From: Eubacteriales bacterium | Lineage (GTDB): Bacteria > Bacillota > Clostridia > Oscillospirales > CAG-272 | Direction of reading: 5' to 3' | Assembly: GCA_045531795.1 (NCBI GenBank) | Contig: JAZSET010000084.1 | Location: 1-59,248 of the forward strand | DNA length: 59,248 nucleotides | Shown here: in pieces, positions 47,892 to 56,996 of the stretch | Layout: each line of letters opens with the position of its first letter | Numbering within the stretch: the first letter of the stretch is position 1 | Notes under the pieces: model-generated | Seen by the model: only the letters and a program-made list of their open reading frames with translations | What the model was told of the DNA's origin: nothing | Databases searched by the model: none | Translations under genes and position numbers: made by a program

Positions 47892-49010
47892 ATGCAAAAG
47901 ACTCTCGAATTTGTAAAAAAGAATACAGTTTTTGTAATAGCAGTAATTGCTGCTGTAATTACATCCTTTATAGTGCCGCCCGACAGAGAATATCTCGGAT
48001 ACTTTGACTTTAAAGTACTTGCCTGTCTTTTTTCCGTACTTGCAGTTGTCTGTGCGCTCAGAAGTATGCGCTTTTTCTATTCAACTGCGCAAAAAATTGT
48101 AAAGCGCTTCAGTTCTATGAGAAAATGTGCCATAGCGCTTGTATACATAACCTTTATCGGATCAATGTTTATTGCCAATGATATGGCACTTATAACTTTT
48201 TTACCCTTGGGATACTATGTATTAAAGACCACCGGTAAGCGAGAATATATGGCGGTGCTTTTTATACTCCAGAATATCGCAGCAAACCTTGGCGGAATGC
48301 TTACGCCCTTTGGTAATCCGCAGAATCTGTACTTGTACACGAAGTTTCATATACCGACAGGGGAATTCATGCAGATAATGTTTCCTGCATTTGTTCTCTC
48401 GGTTGCTCTCATAACGATTTTTTGTGTAGTATTTTTCAAAAACGAGCCTCTCAATATAGTCATAGAGGAAAATGTTCTTGACTTTAAAAGAGTAGCGCTG
48501 TATTTAGTGCTGTTTGCAATATCCGTTATAATGGTATTCCGTGTTTTACCGTATTATATCGGACTGATTATCATATTTGTTATTTTTATATTTGAGAATC
48601 CGCGCTCTCTTAAAAAGGTCGACTATCCCCTGCTTGGCACATTTGCTGCATTTTTTGTGTTCTCAGGAAATATGGCAAGAATTGATGCAGTCAGAGAGCT
48701 GTTTGCATATCTTCTTGAAAAAAGCACGCTTCTGTTTTCTGTAATTTCCTGTCAGGTGATAAGTAATGTCCCCTCTGCCATACTGCTTTCGCAGTTTACC
48801 GAAAACTACAAAGATTTGCTTGTGGGAGTAAATATCGGCGGTGTTGGTACGCTTATTTCATCCCTTGCAAGTCTTATTACATTCAGAGAATACACCAAAC
48901 ACAACCCAGGAAAATGGAAAAAATATTTGCTGATTTTTTCTGCTTTCAACTTTGGTTTTCTTATTGTATTAACGGTGTTTTCTATTGCCGTAAACAGAAT
49001 CATTTTATAA
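47892..49010 (+). CDS. SLC13/CitMHS/ArsB-type anion permease
   Basis: About 11 hydrophobic segments; MFIANDMAL, ANLGGMLTPFGNPQNLY, SNVPSA, NIGGVGTLISSLASLI. Confidence 0.82.
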   Translation: MQKTLEFVKKNTVFVIAVIAAVITSFIVPPDREYLGYFDFKVLACLFSVLAVVCALRSMRFFYSTAQKIVKRFSSMRKCAIALVYITFIGSMFIANDMALITFLPLGYYVLKTTGKREYMAVLFILQNIAANLGGMLTPFGNPQNLYLYTKFHIPTGEFMQIMFPAFVLSVALITIFCVVFFKNEPLNIVIEENVLDFKRVALYLVLFAISVIMVFRVLPYYIGLIIIFVIFIFENPRSLKKVDYPLLGTFAAFFVFSGNMARIDAVRELFAYLLEKSTLLFSVISCQVISNVPSAILLSQFTENYKDLLVGVNIGGVGTLISSLASLITFREYTKHNPGKWKKYLLIFSAFNFGFLIVLTVFSIAVNRIIL

Positions 49011-49023
49011 TAACGCGTAATGT

Positions 49024-49062
49024 AAAAACCGCACTGAGTCACATTGACTCAGTGCGGTTTTT
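49024..49062. terminator. Bidirectional terminator
   Basis: Perfect 18-bp stem AAAAACCGCACTGAGTCA-CAT-TGACTCAGTGCGGTTTTT. Confidence 0.88.
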
Positions 49063-49063
49063 G

Positions 49064-49777
49064 TTATTCTTTAAGGAGATGCTCATCAAGTTTCAGCTTC
49101 TTTCTGAGCTTGTCCATTCGTTCGTCAAGCTCGGAACTTAATTTTGCACAGTATAAAAGCTCGCTTGACATATCATCCGTAAAGCAGTCATCTTTTTTAT
49201 ATCTGAGCTGATGCTCAAGGCTTGCCCAGACATCCATTGCGATTGTACGAAGCTGCACTTCGACTTTCATAATGCGCTTTTCGTGCGACAGAAATATCGG
49301 TACACCTACAATGAGATGGAGACTTCGGTATCCGTTTGGTTTGGGATGCTTTATGTAGTCCTTTCTTTCAATAAGGGTTATGTCGTCCTGAGCGAGAAGC
49401 GCGTCGCACAGGGTGTAAACATCCTCGGGGAATGAGCAGATTACCCTGATGCCTGCCACGTCGTTGAGATTTTCTTCAATCGAGGCAAGTGTAAAGGGAA
49501 ATCCGCGACGCTCAAGTTTTTCTCGCATGCTGAACATATCCTTTATTCTACTTGTCATTCCATTTATGGGGTTGCGGTCAAATCGGAGAGAAAACTCCTC
49601 ATTAAGCACATTGAATTTAGTTTCAACCTCCATCAGTGCACAGCGGTAATATGCTATAAGCTTTTTGAATTTGTTCATACCAAGCTCTGCTTTTACAAAG
49701 TCCTCTTCTCTCATGACCGATGCAATGTGAGGGGGCAGGACAGATTCTCTTTTTGTGGTATTTGCCACTTTTTTCAC
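49064..49777 (-). CDS. Small alarmone synthetase (RelQ/RelP-like GTP pyrophosphokinase)
   Basis: SRIK, NDVAGIRVIC, KDYIKHPKPNGYRSLHLIV, EVQLRTIAMDVWASLEHQLRYK. Confidence 0.92.
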   Translation of the reverse strand: MKKVANTTKRESVLPPHIASVMREEDFVKAELGMNKFKKLIAYYRCALMEVETKFNVLNEEFSLRFDRNPINGMTSRIKDMFSMREKLERRGFPFTLASIEENLNDVAGIRVICSFPEDVYTLCDALLAQDDITLIERKDYIKHPKPNGYRSLHLIVGVPIFLSHEKRIMKVEVQLRTIAMDVWASLEHQLRYKKDDCFTDDMSSELLYCAKLSSELDERMDKLRKKLKLDEHLLKE

Positions 49778-49781
49778 CTCT

Positions 49782-52700
49782 TTATTCAGTGGGAATTCTT
49801 ACAAGACTTTTGTTGAAAGCCATATCGGTTATTCGGGCATAGATATAATCGCTTGCGTGTTCGGTAATATCAAAGGAGACTGTAAACTCTCGGTTTTTGC
49901 CAAGATTTACAAGGGCAGAATCATCGGGGAAATTTGCAGTAATATTTTCAAATTCTGCACCGTTAAAATCAAAGACCTCAATACTTTTGATATATGAGTT
50001 GTCCTGAACAGTAATTGCAGCAAAGGTGCGGCCGTTGTCTTTTGTGATGCTGTAATCTGTAAGCGCGGGCTTCTGGCTGTCAACTACAAATGGTATGTTT
50101 TCCGTAAAGTCTCTGCCTGACGCGTCTGTAGCAACAATTGTACAAATATACTTGCCGTCTTCATATACATAACGGGGATTATTTTTGTCCCTGCAATTCC
50201 ACAGGGCAAAACTATATGAGTTTGTAAGCTCGCCGTTTTCCCCGACATAAGCTTTTTTTAAGCTCTCGTGCTTTATTGTAGGACAAACGCGCTCGCCATT
50301 TGGTGAATATATATCGATTCTCAGCTTTTTCAGATTTCTTAAGAGACTTAGTCTTAAAAATATTTCTCCGTCGGCGCCCTCGGCACAAGGAGAGATTGCA
50401 ACAAGCTCTTTTGATACGGTTGATGCTTTTCTTTCTTCTCTGACATTGTAATTGGTGCCGAGTACAACCGAGTAATCGTCATATTCGTCGCCGTAATAGG
50501 TGTATAAGTAGCTCCCGCCGAAGAATCCACCGCTTTCGTGGAGGAAAGAATCAAACGGAGACATGGCATAAAAGTCACCATAGCAACCGAGAAGCGGTAC
50601 CGAATAGGTGTTTTCGGCTTTTGCAAAGATATACCCCTCTACAAGCATACCGTTTTTGAAAACCTTGCTTAACTCATCAAGATTTTCACGGCTGATATCA
50701 AAGGACAAGGTAATGCTGCGCTTTTCTTTCGCCAGCAGAGTGATTTCTGCGCCGGTAAAGTTATCACAGGCAAGATTTAATTCTGCTCTGCCGTATTTTA
50801 CGGAAGCATTTGCAAATTCATTTATATAATTACCTGTGAAATGAATCTGATCATTTTTGTCAAAATTCAAATAGTCGTACAGAAGAATACCGTTTGCCTT
50901 GTAAAAAGAGTCCTTTTCGGTACATAATTCCGACAGGTTTTCACTTTCATAGCTTTCACATCCGATAATTGATGACAAAGTAATGCTTTGACTGACATCG
51001 GTAAGGTTTTCAAGTTCAACCACTGCGTCAAAAGTTGTGCCAAGATTATTTCCCAAAAGAATTTTTGCCGAGCTGTTTGAAGTTATTGCTATTTCGGGAG
51101 AAATATCGGTTTTTTCAGACAAATAGCCTGCGCCCTGAAGTGTTACCGAATAGTATTTTGTCTCATTTTCGTCTGTTTCAACCATAACCGAGGCAGCGTT
51201 CATCAGAGTAGTTTTTATTCTCTCGGCCTTTTCTTTTCCCGTGTATCCGGAAAAGGAAGTGGAGACTGCCGCTGCAAGGCCTGCGCTAAAGGCGGCAGCA
51301 GCGGAGCTTCCCGAGATGCTTGAATACTTGCCGTCACGGTTTAAAACTGTAACCAGCCCTCCCAAAGCCGAAAGTTCGGGCTTTATATCAAGAGTAGGAG
51401 TCGGACCCCTCGATGAAAATGATGAGGGAGAGGGCGTGATACCAAGGTCTGTAACATAGTTGATTTTAGAATCAATTATTATTTTTTTGTCCAAAACGGA
51501 TTTCATTAACTCACCGTCAGCGCGGGATATAAATACTGCGGGAATAGTGGTACCGTCAAGCTGCATTGCCGTTCTGAGAGAGGAAATGCTGTCATCTTCA
51601 TTGTCATATATGATAGCGGCAACGGCCCCGCAAGCGGCTGCGTTTGCAACCTTTTCAGCAAAAGTAAGCACGCCTCTTTCAATTAAGGCAACTTTACCTG
51701 TCAAATCAAGTTTTTGACCGTTCTGGGTAAAGTCCTCTTCGCTGCCAAGTCCGTTAATTACAACGTATTCAAGGGTTTGTCCGTTAAAATGAGTGTAGAA
51801 TATTTCCTCTCCTGTTTCACTTATGGTGTGGTTGGAGTCGCTGAAAGGAATATATGTGTTATCTTCTTTTAACTTAAAGGCGTAGGCTTTTGTTCTGAAT
51901 GTGTTAGCGCTTCCTGCCGACAGAGCGGATTTTGATGTGGACGGAGCATTTACTGTACCGCTGTCGGGAAGCAGTGTCGGGGATTCAAAATAACCGTAAT
52001 GATTATCAAAAACAGAGCCTTTTCCAAGAGCCCCGTCATTGCCTGCGGGGCAAACAACAACAATTCCCTCGTTATAAAGCTTGTCTATAACACTTTCAAG
52101 TAAAGTGTCATATAAGCCGTTATCAGAAAATCCACAGGGAGAGCCCAGACTTAAGCACACAGAATCCGCGCCCAGAATGCGGGCATCCTCAAGGGCGGCA
52201 ATTATAGTGCTTGTGCTTGCATTTTCACCTGTATCCGGATAGATTTTCATTGCAAGAGCCTGCGCCGAGGGGGCGGCACTGAGAATCTCATTATTCTGCG
52301 GATTGGCTGCAGCGAGAGCAAGCATAGCTGTTCCGTGAGAGCTGTTTGCAGAAACATCAAAATCTTTGCCTGCATAGTCAAAGGCAAAGGGGATTTTTTC
52401 ATTTATGTAAGTATTCTTAATGTCCGTCTTGTGATTAAGTTTGCTTGCCTTTGTAAAGTTGAGAATCTGTCCGAGGCTTCTTTCTGTTATTTTAATGTCT
52501 GAGTTGTTGCCTAAAGTAAAGAGGGGGTGCTTTAAGAAAAATCCGTCGTCAAGGATCGCAACAACAGACCCGGCGCCTCTGTCGGGGAAATAAGCTGGCT
52601 CAAGGCCGGGCGCATATATCACAATGTCCTCATATTCTTCCAGAGACAGCGGAGAGTATTCTGTGTCATTAAAGACATTTTCTACGCATACTGCATTTTG

Positions 52701-52958
52701 AAGAAGTTCAAGCTTTGAAAATGGTATCTTTGCAGAAAATCCCCACAATAAATCTGTGTAATCAAAGCCAAACTCTGCTTCGGGAATGAGTCCTTTAATT
52801 TCAGCCTTGCATTTGCTAAGTTCAGCATTTTTATCAATTGCTACTATAACATTTATTGTTTCGGCCGAGTCTCCAAAAAGCGCAAGGCACGGAGCATTCA
52901 AGGAAAGCAGAGAGGCTATAAGCACAGAACAAACAATTCGTTTTATAATGTTTTTCAT
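49782..52958 (-). CDS. Secreted S8 subtilisin-like protease (lactocepin/C5a-peptidase-like, PA domain), copy B with divergent active-site motifs
   Basis: Signal peptide, I9-like propeptide, AILDDG (Asp), SHGTAM (His), AGNDG, PA domain (GKVALIERG), SGSSAAAA (Ser), C-terminal Ig-like domains. Confidence 0.85.
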   Translation of the reverse strand: MKNIIKRIVCSVLIASLLSLNAPCLALFGDSAETINVIVAIDKNAELSKCKAEIKGLIPEAEFGFDYTDLLWGFSAKIPFSKLELLQNAVCVENVFNDTEYSPLSLEEYEDIVIYAPGLEPAYFPDRGAGSVVAILDDGFFLKHPLFTLGNNSDIKITERSLGQILNFTKASKLNHKTDIKNTYINEKIPFAFDYAGKDFDVSANSSHGTAMLALAAANPQNNEILSAAPSAQALAMKIYPDTGENASTSTIIAALEDARILGADSVCLSLGSPCGFSDNGLYDTLLESVIDKLYNEGIVVVCPAGNDGALGKGSVFDNHYGYFESPTLLPDSGTVNAPSTSKSALSAGSANTFRTKAYAFKLKEDNTYIPFSDSNHTISETGEEIFYTHFNGQTLEYVVINGLGSEEDFTQNGQKLDLTGKVALIERGVLTFAEKVANAAACGAVAAIIYDNEDDSISSLRTAMQLDGTTIPAVFISRADGELMKSVLDKKIIIDSKINYVTDLGITPSPSSFSSRGPTPTLDIKPELSALGGLVTVLNRDGKYSSISGSSAAAAFSAGLAAAVSTSFSGYTGKEKAERIKTTLMNAASVMVETDENETKYYSVTLQGAGYLSEKTDISPEIAITSNSSAKILLGNNLGTTFDAVVELENLTDVSQSITLSSIIGCESYESENLSELCTEKDSFYKANGILLYDYLNFDKNDQIHFTGNYINEFANASVKYGRAELNLACDNFTGAEITLLAKEKRSITLSFDISRENLDELSKVFKNGMLVEGYIFAKAENTYSVPLLGCYGDFYAMSPFDSFLHESGGFFGGSYLYTYYGDEYDDYSVVLGTNYNVREERKASTVSKELVAISPCAEGADGEIFLRLSLLRNLKKLRIDIYSPNGERVCPTIKHESLKKAYVGENGELTNSYSFALWNCRDKNNPRYVYEDGKYICTIVATDASGRDFTENIPFVVDSQKPALTDYSITKDNGRTFAAITVQDNSYIKSIEVFDFNGAEFENITANFPDDSALVNLGKNREFTVSFDITEHASDYIYARITDMAFNKSLVRIPTE

Positions 52959-52971
52959 CTGTTTTTTCCTT

Positions 52972-55900
52972 TCACTGCATAATTTCCTTTATATCAATTT
53001 TAAAGGTTTTTGTGTTCATTGCAAAATCACTGACATCTGCCCACAAAACAGATCCTTCAACAGAGGTTATATCAAAAGCGAAAATATCGTCCTTGTCATA
53101 CGGTTTTGTTTGCGAGAAGCCGGATTGGCTCTTTTTGTCAAGACTTGCGCTGTTATACAGGGTTATGCTTTTTACACGGCTTTCGTCAACGGCTTCTATT
53201 TCAAGAGTGGTTTTTCCGTCAAGCGAAGTCGTTGCAATGCTCTTTATTGTTGGAGCTGTTGTGTCAACAATAAAGGGGATGGTCATACTTTGTGTATTGT
53301 CTGAACCCTCTGCACAGGCGCTGACTTTCAGTGTATAATTTCCGTCGGGGAAAATATAATCGGGGTTCATTCCGTCTTTGCCGTCCCAGACAAGAATGGG
53401 CTCTGCCGAGTTGTGAGAGCCTTTGGTAAGGGGATTGTTTTCTACAGAGCTGTATATAGTATTTGAATACTCATCAAGAATTTCCACGGTGTAGCCGTTT
53501 ATATTTTTCAAAAGAGACGGGACAAGGTAAATCAAGTCGAAATAACCGTCGTTATTGGGAGAAAAAGCTACAATTCCCCCGTTTTCTTCGCCAAGAGTAA
53601 TACTCTTCTGGCTTGGGGTGTTTGATTTTATCAAGTTGCCTTTGAAAAACGGCATCTCGCCCGAATATATAGTTGCATCGAATATATCTGATGCATCAAA
53701 CTCTCCTTCAAAGCCAACAAACGGAACAGAGCCGTTAAAGTTTTCTGAAGAGGCGTAAAGGTAGCCGTCAATAAAATAACCGTTGTCAAAATACTTTGTT
53801 TTTTCTGAAACATCAAAGGAAAGATTGAGCCTTACATAGCATTCGGCACTTCCTGCCAAATCAAGCTTTAATTTGCCGTTGCTGTTTGTGTAAATGCTTT
53901 CGTTTTCTGCAAAACCGAGCGAGTAATTGTCAGTTTTGACAGACTCTAAAAGGTTGAAAACATAATCATTTTTTTTGTTATTGTATTCAAGTTTTGCACC
54001 GGCACAGGAATCGGTAAGAATGCTTGTATCAAGGGCTATTGAGATTTTTTCGCTTGTCAGGTTTTTGATCAGCAATTCAAGGAAATAATGGTCGTCTTCT
54101 TTCTTTAAGGTCAGGTAAGGAGAAGAGTCAAGACCTGTAATGATAAAAGAAGCATTGAGAGCATTTGAAACATTTATAAGTCCGGCACCCTGCACTCTCG
54201 GAGAGTATTCGGCAGAAGTGTTCTTGTCAATAAGAGGGGTAGCGCTGGTCATCAATGCCTGTTTGATATACAAGGGTCTCTTTGAAAGAATATATTTGCT
54301 TTCTTCAAGATCGAGTTTTTCGTTAAGCAGGGCGGCAACTCCCGAAACAAAAGGTGTTGCCATAGATGTTCCCGAGAGAGACGTGTATGTGTTGCCCGGA
54401 ACTGCGGAATATATACTTTCGCCAACTGCGGTAACATCGGGCTTTAATTTCATATCGGGGGTCATACCCCAGGAAGAAAACGAGGACATGCTGTACGCGT
54501 TTTCGTTTTCTGTAAATTCACTCAGACTGCCGTCAAAAATAAGCTTTTTATTGGGAGCATTTTTCAAATACCTGCCGTCATCCTTTGAAATGAATACTGC
54601 GGGTATTGAGCATCCCGTAAGATCCATTAGCACATCTTTTTCGTCGTCGTTACCGTAAACAATAACTGCAAGGGCACCGTGCTTTGCTGCGTTGTTTACT
54701 TTTTCTGAAAATGTTATAACACCTCTTTCCACAAGGGCAATTTTCCCTGTAATATCAGCATTTTCACCCGTATAATCAGAGTCGGCGCCAACTCCGTCTA
54801 TTACACAATATCCGATTTCGCTTTTGCCAAAATGCCTTGTAAAATTGCCTTTGATAATATTAAGCGTTGCGTTGGTATCTGTGTATTCTATTCTTTTGAT
54901 ATTTCCCGCAATATCCTTGTGTACAAGAGTATTGTACGAAATATGGGTGTTTGCACAGCTGCCGACGGCGATAAAGCTTTCGATAACAGCAGGGTGATTG
55001 ATTGTACCGAAGTCGGTCATGCTTGCAAGCGGATACGGAATGCCGTATTCTGCAGAAAAGGTACTGTTGCTTCCGGAGGAAGCATCGTTTCCTGCCGCAC
55101 AAACAACGGTTATTCCCGCCTTTTCAAGATTTTTTGCCATTCTGTTTATGATTGAATGGGCGGTCGAATTTTCAGATCCTGAATATGTGCCGATGCTCAG
55201 ATTTATTACATCGGCGCCGAGAGCAACTGCATCTTCAAGCGCTGCTGCTACAAACTGTTCTCTGGCATTTGCATTTTTGGAGTCAAAAACTTTCATTAAG
55301 AGCAGCTGACAATCGGGAGCAACACCTGTAACCGTATCGCTTTTTCCCCCGATTATTGCCGCAACATGAGTGCCGTGAGTTTCGAGAGTCGAAACATCGG
55401 TTGTGCCGTTTGTATAGTTAAAGGCGAAAGGAATTTTTTCGCTTATGTAAAAGGATTCACCCTCTTTTAAACGAAATGCCCCGAAAAGGGCGTCTTCATC
55501 AGCAAGAGAGTCCACATATTCTTTGGATACAGAGGGGTTTTCGGGAGAATAGGCAAAAACCTCGTGGTTTATGTCAAAACCGTTGTCAATAACAGCAACA
55601 ACTGTGCCCCGGCCGGTGTAATCTGTGTTATGGGACTTGCCCGTGTTTATCATATCCTGCGCATACATCATCTGAGTACTGTATCCTGTACTCAACGGTT
55701 CAAAAGAACCGCAGATACTTGCGTCAAAATATTCGCTTTTATCTATAACGTCAACATATTTTCCGGGAACCTGCGCATAAAAGCCAAACAAGGCCTTTGA
55801 GAAACGGTCGCAAATGGTAATATTGTTTTCGCTTATAGCAACAAGTGCGGCTTCGGCATCATCAAGTCTTGGAAAATATTCTTCATCTGCATATACCATA

Positions 55901-56010
55901 ATGTCGCAAATTTCATCTTTGGGGAATTGTGCCAATATGGTTGTGGCAAACAAAAACAGCATTAAAACAGATAAGACTGCAGAAAGAGTCTTTACAAGCA
56001 ATTTTTTCAT
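52972..56010 (-). CDS. Secreted S8 subtilisin-like protease (lactocepin/C5a-peptidase-like, PA domain), copy A
   Basis: Signal peptide from MKKLLVKTL, AVIDNG, THGTHVAAII, AAGND, PA domain (GKIALVERG), SGTSMATP, FSPNNDGYFD..WDGKD. Confidence 0.92.
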   Translation of the reverse strand: MKKLLVKTLSAVLSVLMLFLFATTILAQFPKDEICDIMVYADEEYFPRLDDAEAALVAISENNITICDRFSKALFGFYAQVPGKYVDVIDKSEYFDASICGSFEPLSTGYSTQMMYAQDMINTGKSHNTDYTGRGTVVAVIDNGFDINHEVFAYSPENPSVSKEYVDSLADEDALFGAFRLKEGESFYISEKIPFAFNYTNGTTDVSTLETHGTHVAAIIGGKSDTVTGVAPDCQLLLMKVFDSKNANAREQFVAAALEDAVALGADVINLSIGTYSGSENSTAHSIINRMAKNLEKAGITVVCAAGNDASSGSNSTFSAEYGIPYPLASMTDFGTINHPAVIESFIAVGSCANTHISYNTLVHKDIAGNIKRIEYTDTNATLNIIKGNFTRHFGKSEIGYCVIDGVGADSDYTGENADITGKIALVERGVITFSEKVNNAAKHGALAVIVYGNDDEKDVLMDLTGCSIPAVFISKDDGRYLKNAPNKKLIFDGSLSEFTENENAYSMSSFSSWGMTPDMKLKPDVTAVGESIYSAVPGNTYTSLSGTSMATPFVSGVAALLNEKLDLEESKYILSKRPLYIKQALMTSATPLIDKNTSAEYSPRVQGAGLINVSNALNASFIITGLDSSPYLTLKKEDDHYFLELLIKNLTSEKISIALDTSILTDSCAGAKLEYNNKKNDYVFNLLESVKTDNYSLGFAENESIYTNSNGKLKLDLAGSAECYVRLNLSFDVSEKTKYFDNGYFIDGYLYASSENFNGSVPFVGFEGEFDASDIFDATIYSGEMPFFKGNLIKSNTPSQKSITLGEENGGIVAFSPNNDGYFDLIYLVPSLLKNINGYTVEILDEYSNTIYSSVENNPLTKGSHNSAEPILVWDGKDGMNPDYIFPDGNYTLKVSACAEGSDNTQSMTIPFIVDTTAPTIKSIATTSLDGKTTLEIEAVDESRVKSITLYNSASLDKKSQSGFSQTKPYDKDDIFAFDITSVEGSVLWADVSDFAMNTKTFKIDIKEIMQ

Positions 56011-56053
56011 TTTTTCCTCTTCGTTGATAATCTGATTATTTTCATATGCAATT

Positions 56054-56082
56054 ATTATAACATACGAAAAAGAATTTGTAAC
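56054..56082 (-). promoter_or_regulatory. Possible SigA extended -10 promoter for the S8 operon
   Basis: Minus strand GTTACA-17 bp-TATAAT preceded by TGn. Confidence 0.45.
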
Positions 56083-56173
56083 CACAAATCCATATTTTTA
56101 TCATTTATTTTACAAAAAATCCCCAAACACGTAACTTTAAAGCATTCCAAAATAGCAGGATTAAGCAGAAAAT

Positions 56174-56202
56174 GAATTTTATTCATAACACGGGGTAATA
56201 AT
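56174..56202 (+). promoter_or_regulatory. Possible SigF/SigG-type promoter for spoIIR
   Basis: GAATT-15 bp-GGTAATAAT resembles GNATA-N15-GGNNANANT; spoIIR is SigF-dependent in studied spore formers. Confidence 0.5.
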
Positions 56203-56239
56203 CAGATATCGTAAAAACTTTGAAACGGAGCTTTTTATT

Positions 56240-56920
56240 ATGAAAACAAAACACGATTATTTCTTTAAACGCTATATTTCCTTTTTACTTGCGGCTTTTT
56301 TGTTTGTATATTCAAGTATGGCATGTCTTCCTGTAAACGGAGAGGAAGAAATATATTCTAAAGTGCTTCGTCTGCATATTCTGGCAAACTCTGACAGTGA
56401 TACTGATCAGGCGATGAAGCTTTTTGTAAGGGACAGTATTTTAAAAGAACTTGGCAAAATGTATGAAGAAAACAAAATCAGTGACATAGAGGAAGCAAAA
56501 GCATTTGTCGGTGCAAACATAGAAAGACTCAGCTTGTGTGCACAGAATGCGGTAAACAAATATAATCCCGATTGCGGATACACAGTAGAGCTTGAACTCG
56601 GAGAAGAATATTACCCGACCAAGGAATACGAGAGTGTCACTCTGCCTGCGGGAAAGTATTCTTCGCTCATTGTAAAAATAGGAAAGGCAGAGGGACATAA
56701 TTGGTGGTGTGTGCTTTTCCCGACTCTGTGTCTTGCAACTGCAACACGCAAAGACAGTCTGGCAGATTCATATGTTTATGAAGAAAACGGCGAAAAATTT
56801 ATAGAAGCAGGCTTTACGCCGCACGAGCTTCGCATAATAACAGAAAGCGACAAAGCGGAGGTCAAGATAAAATTCAGAACTCTTGAAATACTCGGTGAGC
56901 TTTTTGGCGCAGAGGAATAA
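56240..56920 (+). CDS. spoIIR: Stage II sporulation protein R
   Basis: VLRLHILANSDS..DQ..KL.VRD, YPTKEY..LPAGKY, GHNWWCVLFP.LC. Confidence 0.95.
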   Translation: MKTKHDYFFKRYISFLLAAFLFVYSSMACLPVNGEEEIYSKVLRLHILANSDSDTDQAMKLFVRDSILKELGKMYEENKISDIEEAKAFVGANIERLSLCAQNAVNKYNPDCGYTVELELGEEYYPTKEYESVTLPAGKYSSLIVKIGKAEGHNWWCVLFPTLCLATATRKDSLADSYVYEENGEKFIEAGFTPHELRIITESDKAEVKIKFRTLEILGELFGAEE

Positions 56921-56935
56921 ATTTTTGCAAAACTC

Positions 56936-56964
56936 TTGATTATCTTGACACTTTATTATATAAT
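56936..56964 (+). promoter_or_regulatory. SigA-type promoter for murJ
   Basis: TTGATT-17 bp-TATAAT. Confidence 0.5.
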
Positions 56965-56996
56965 TGTAGAGATAAGGTGAAGAGGAGGTAAGCACA

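Noticed and set aside
43817-56085. Longer ORF-track starts for metI (44659), PRTase (47106) and S8 copy A (56085), and likewise for efp, rpoD, thiI, hflX, dgt and murC elsewhere
   Set aside because: The extensions overlap upstream genes or promoters and lack an RBS. Downstream ATGs with an RBS and family-typical N-termini were used instead.
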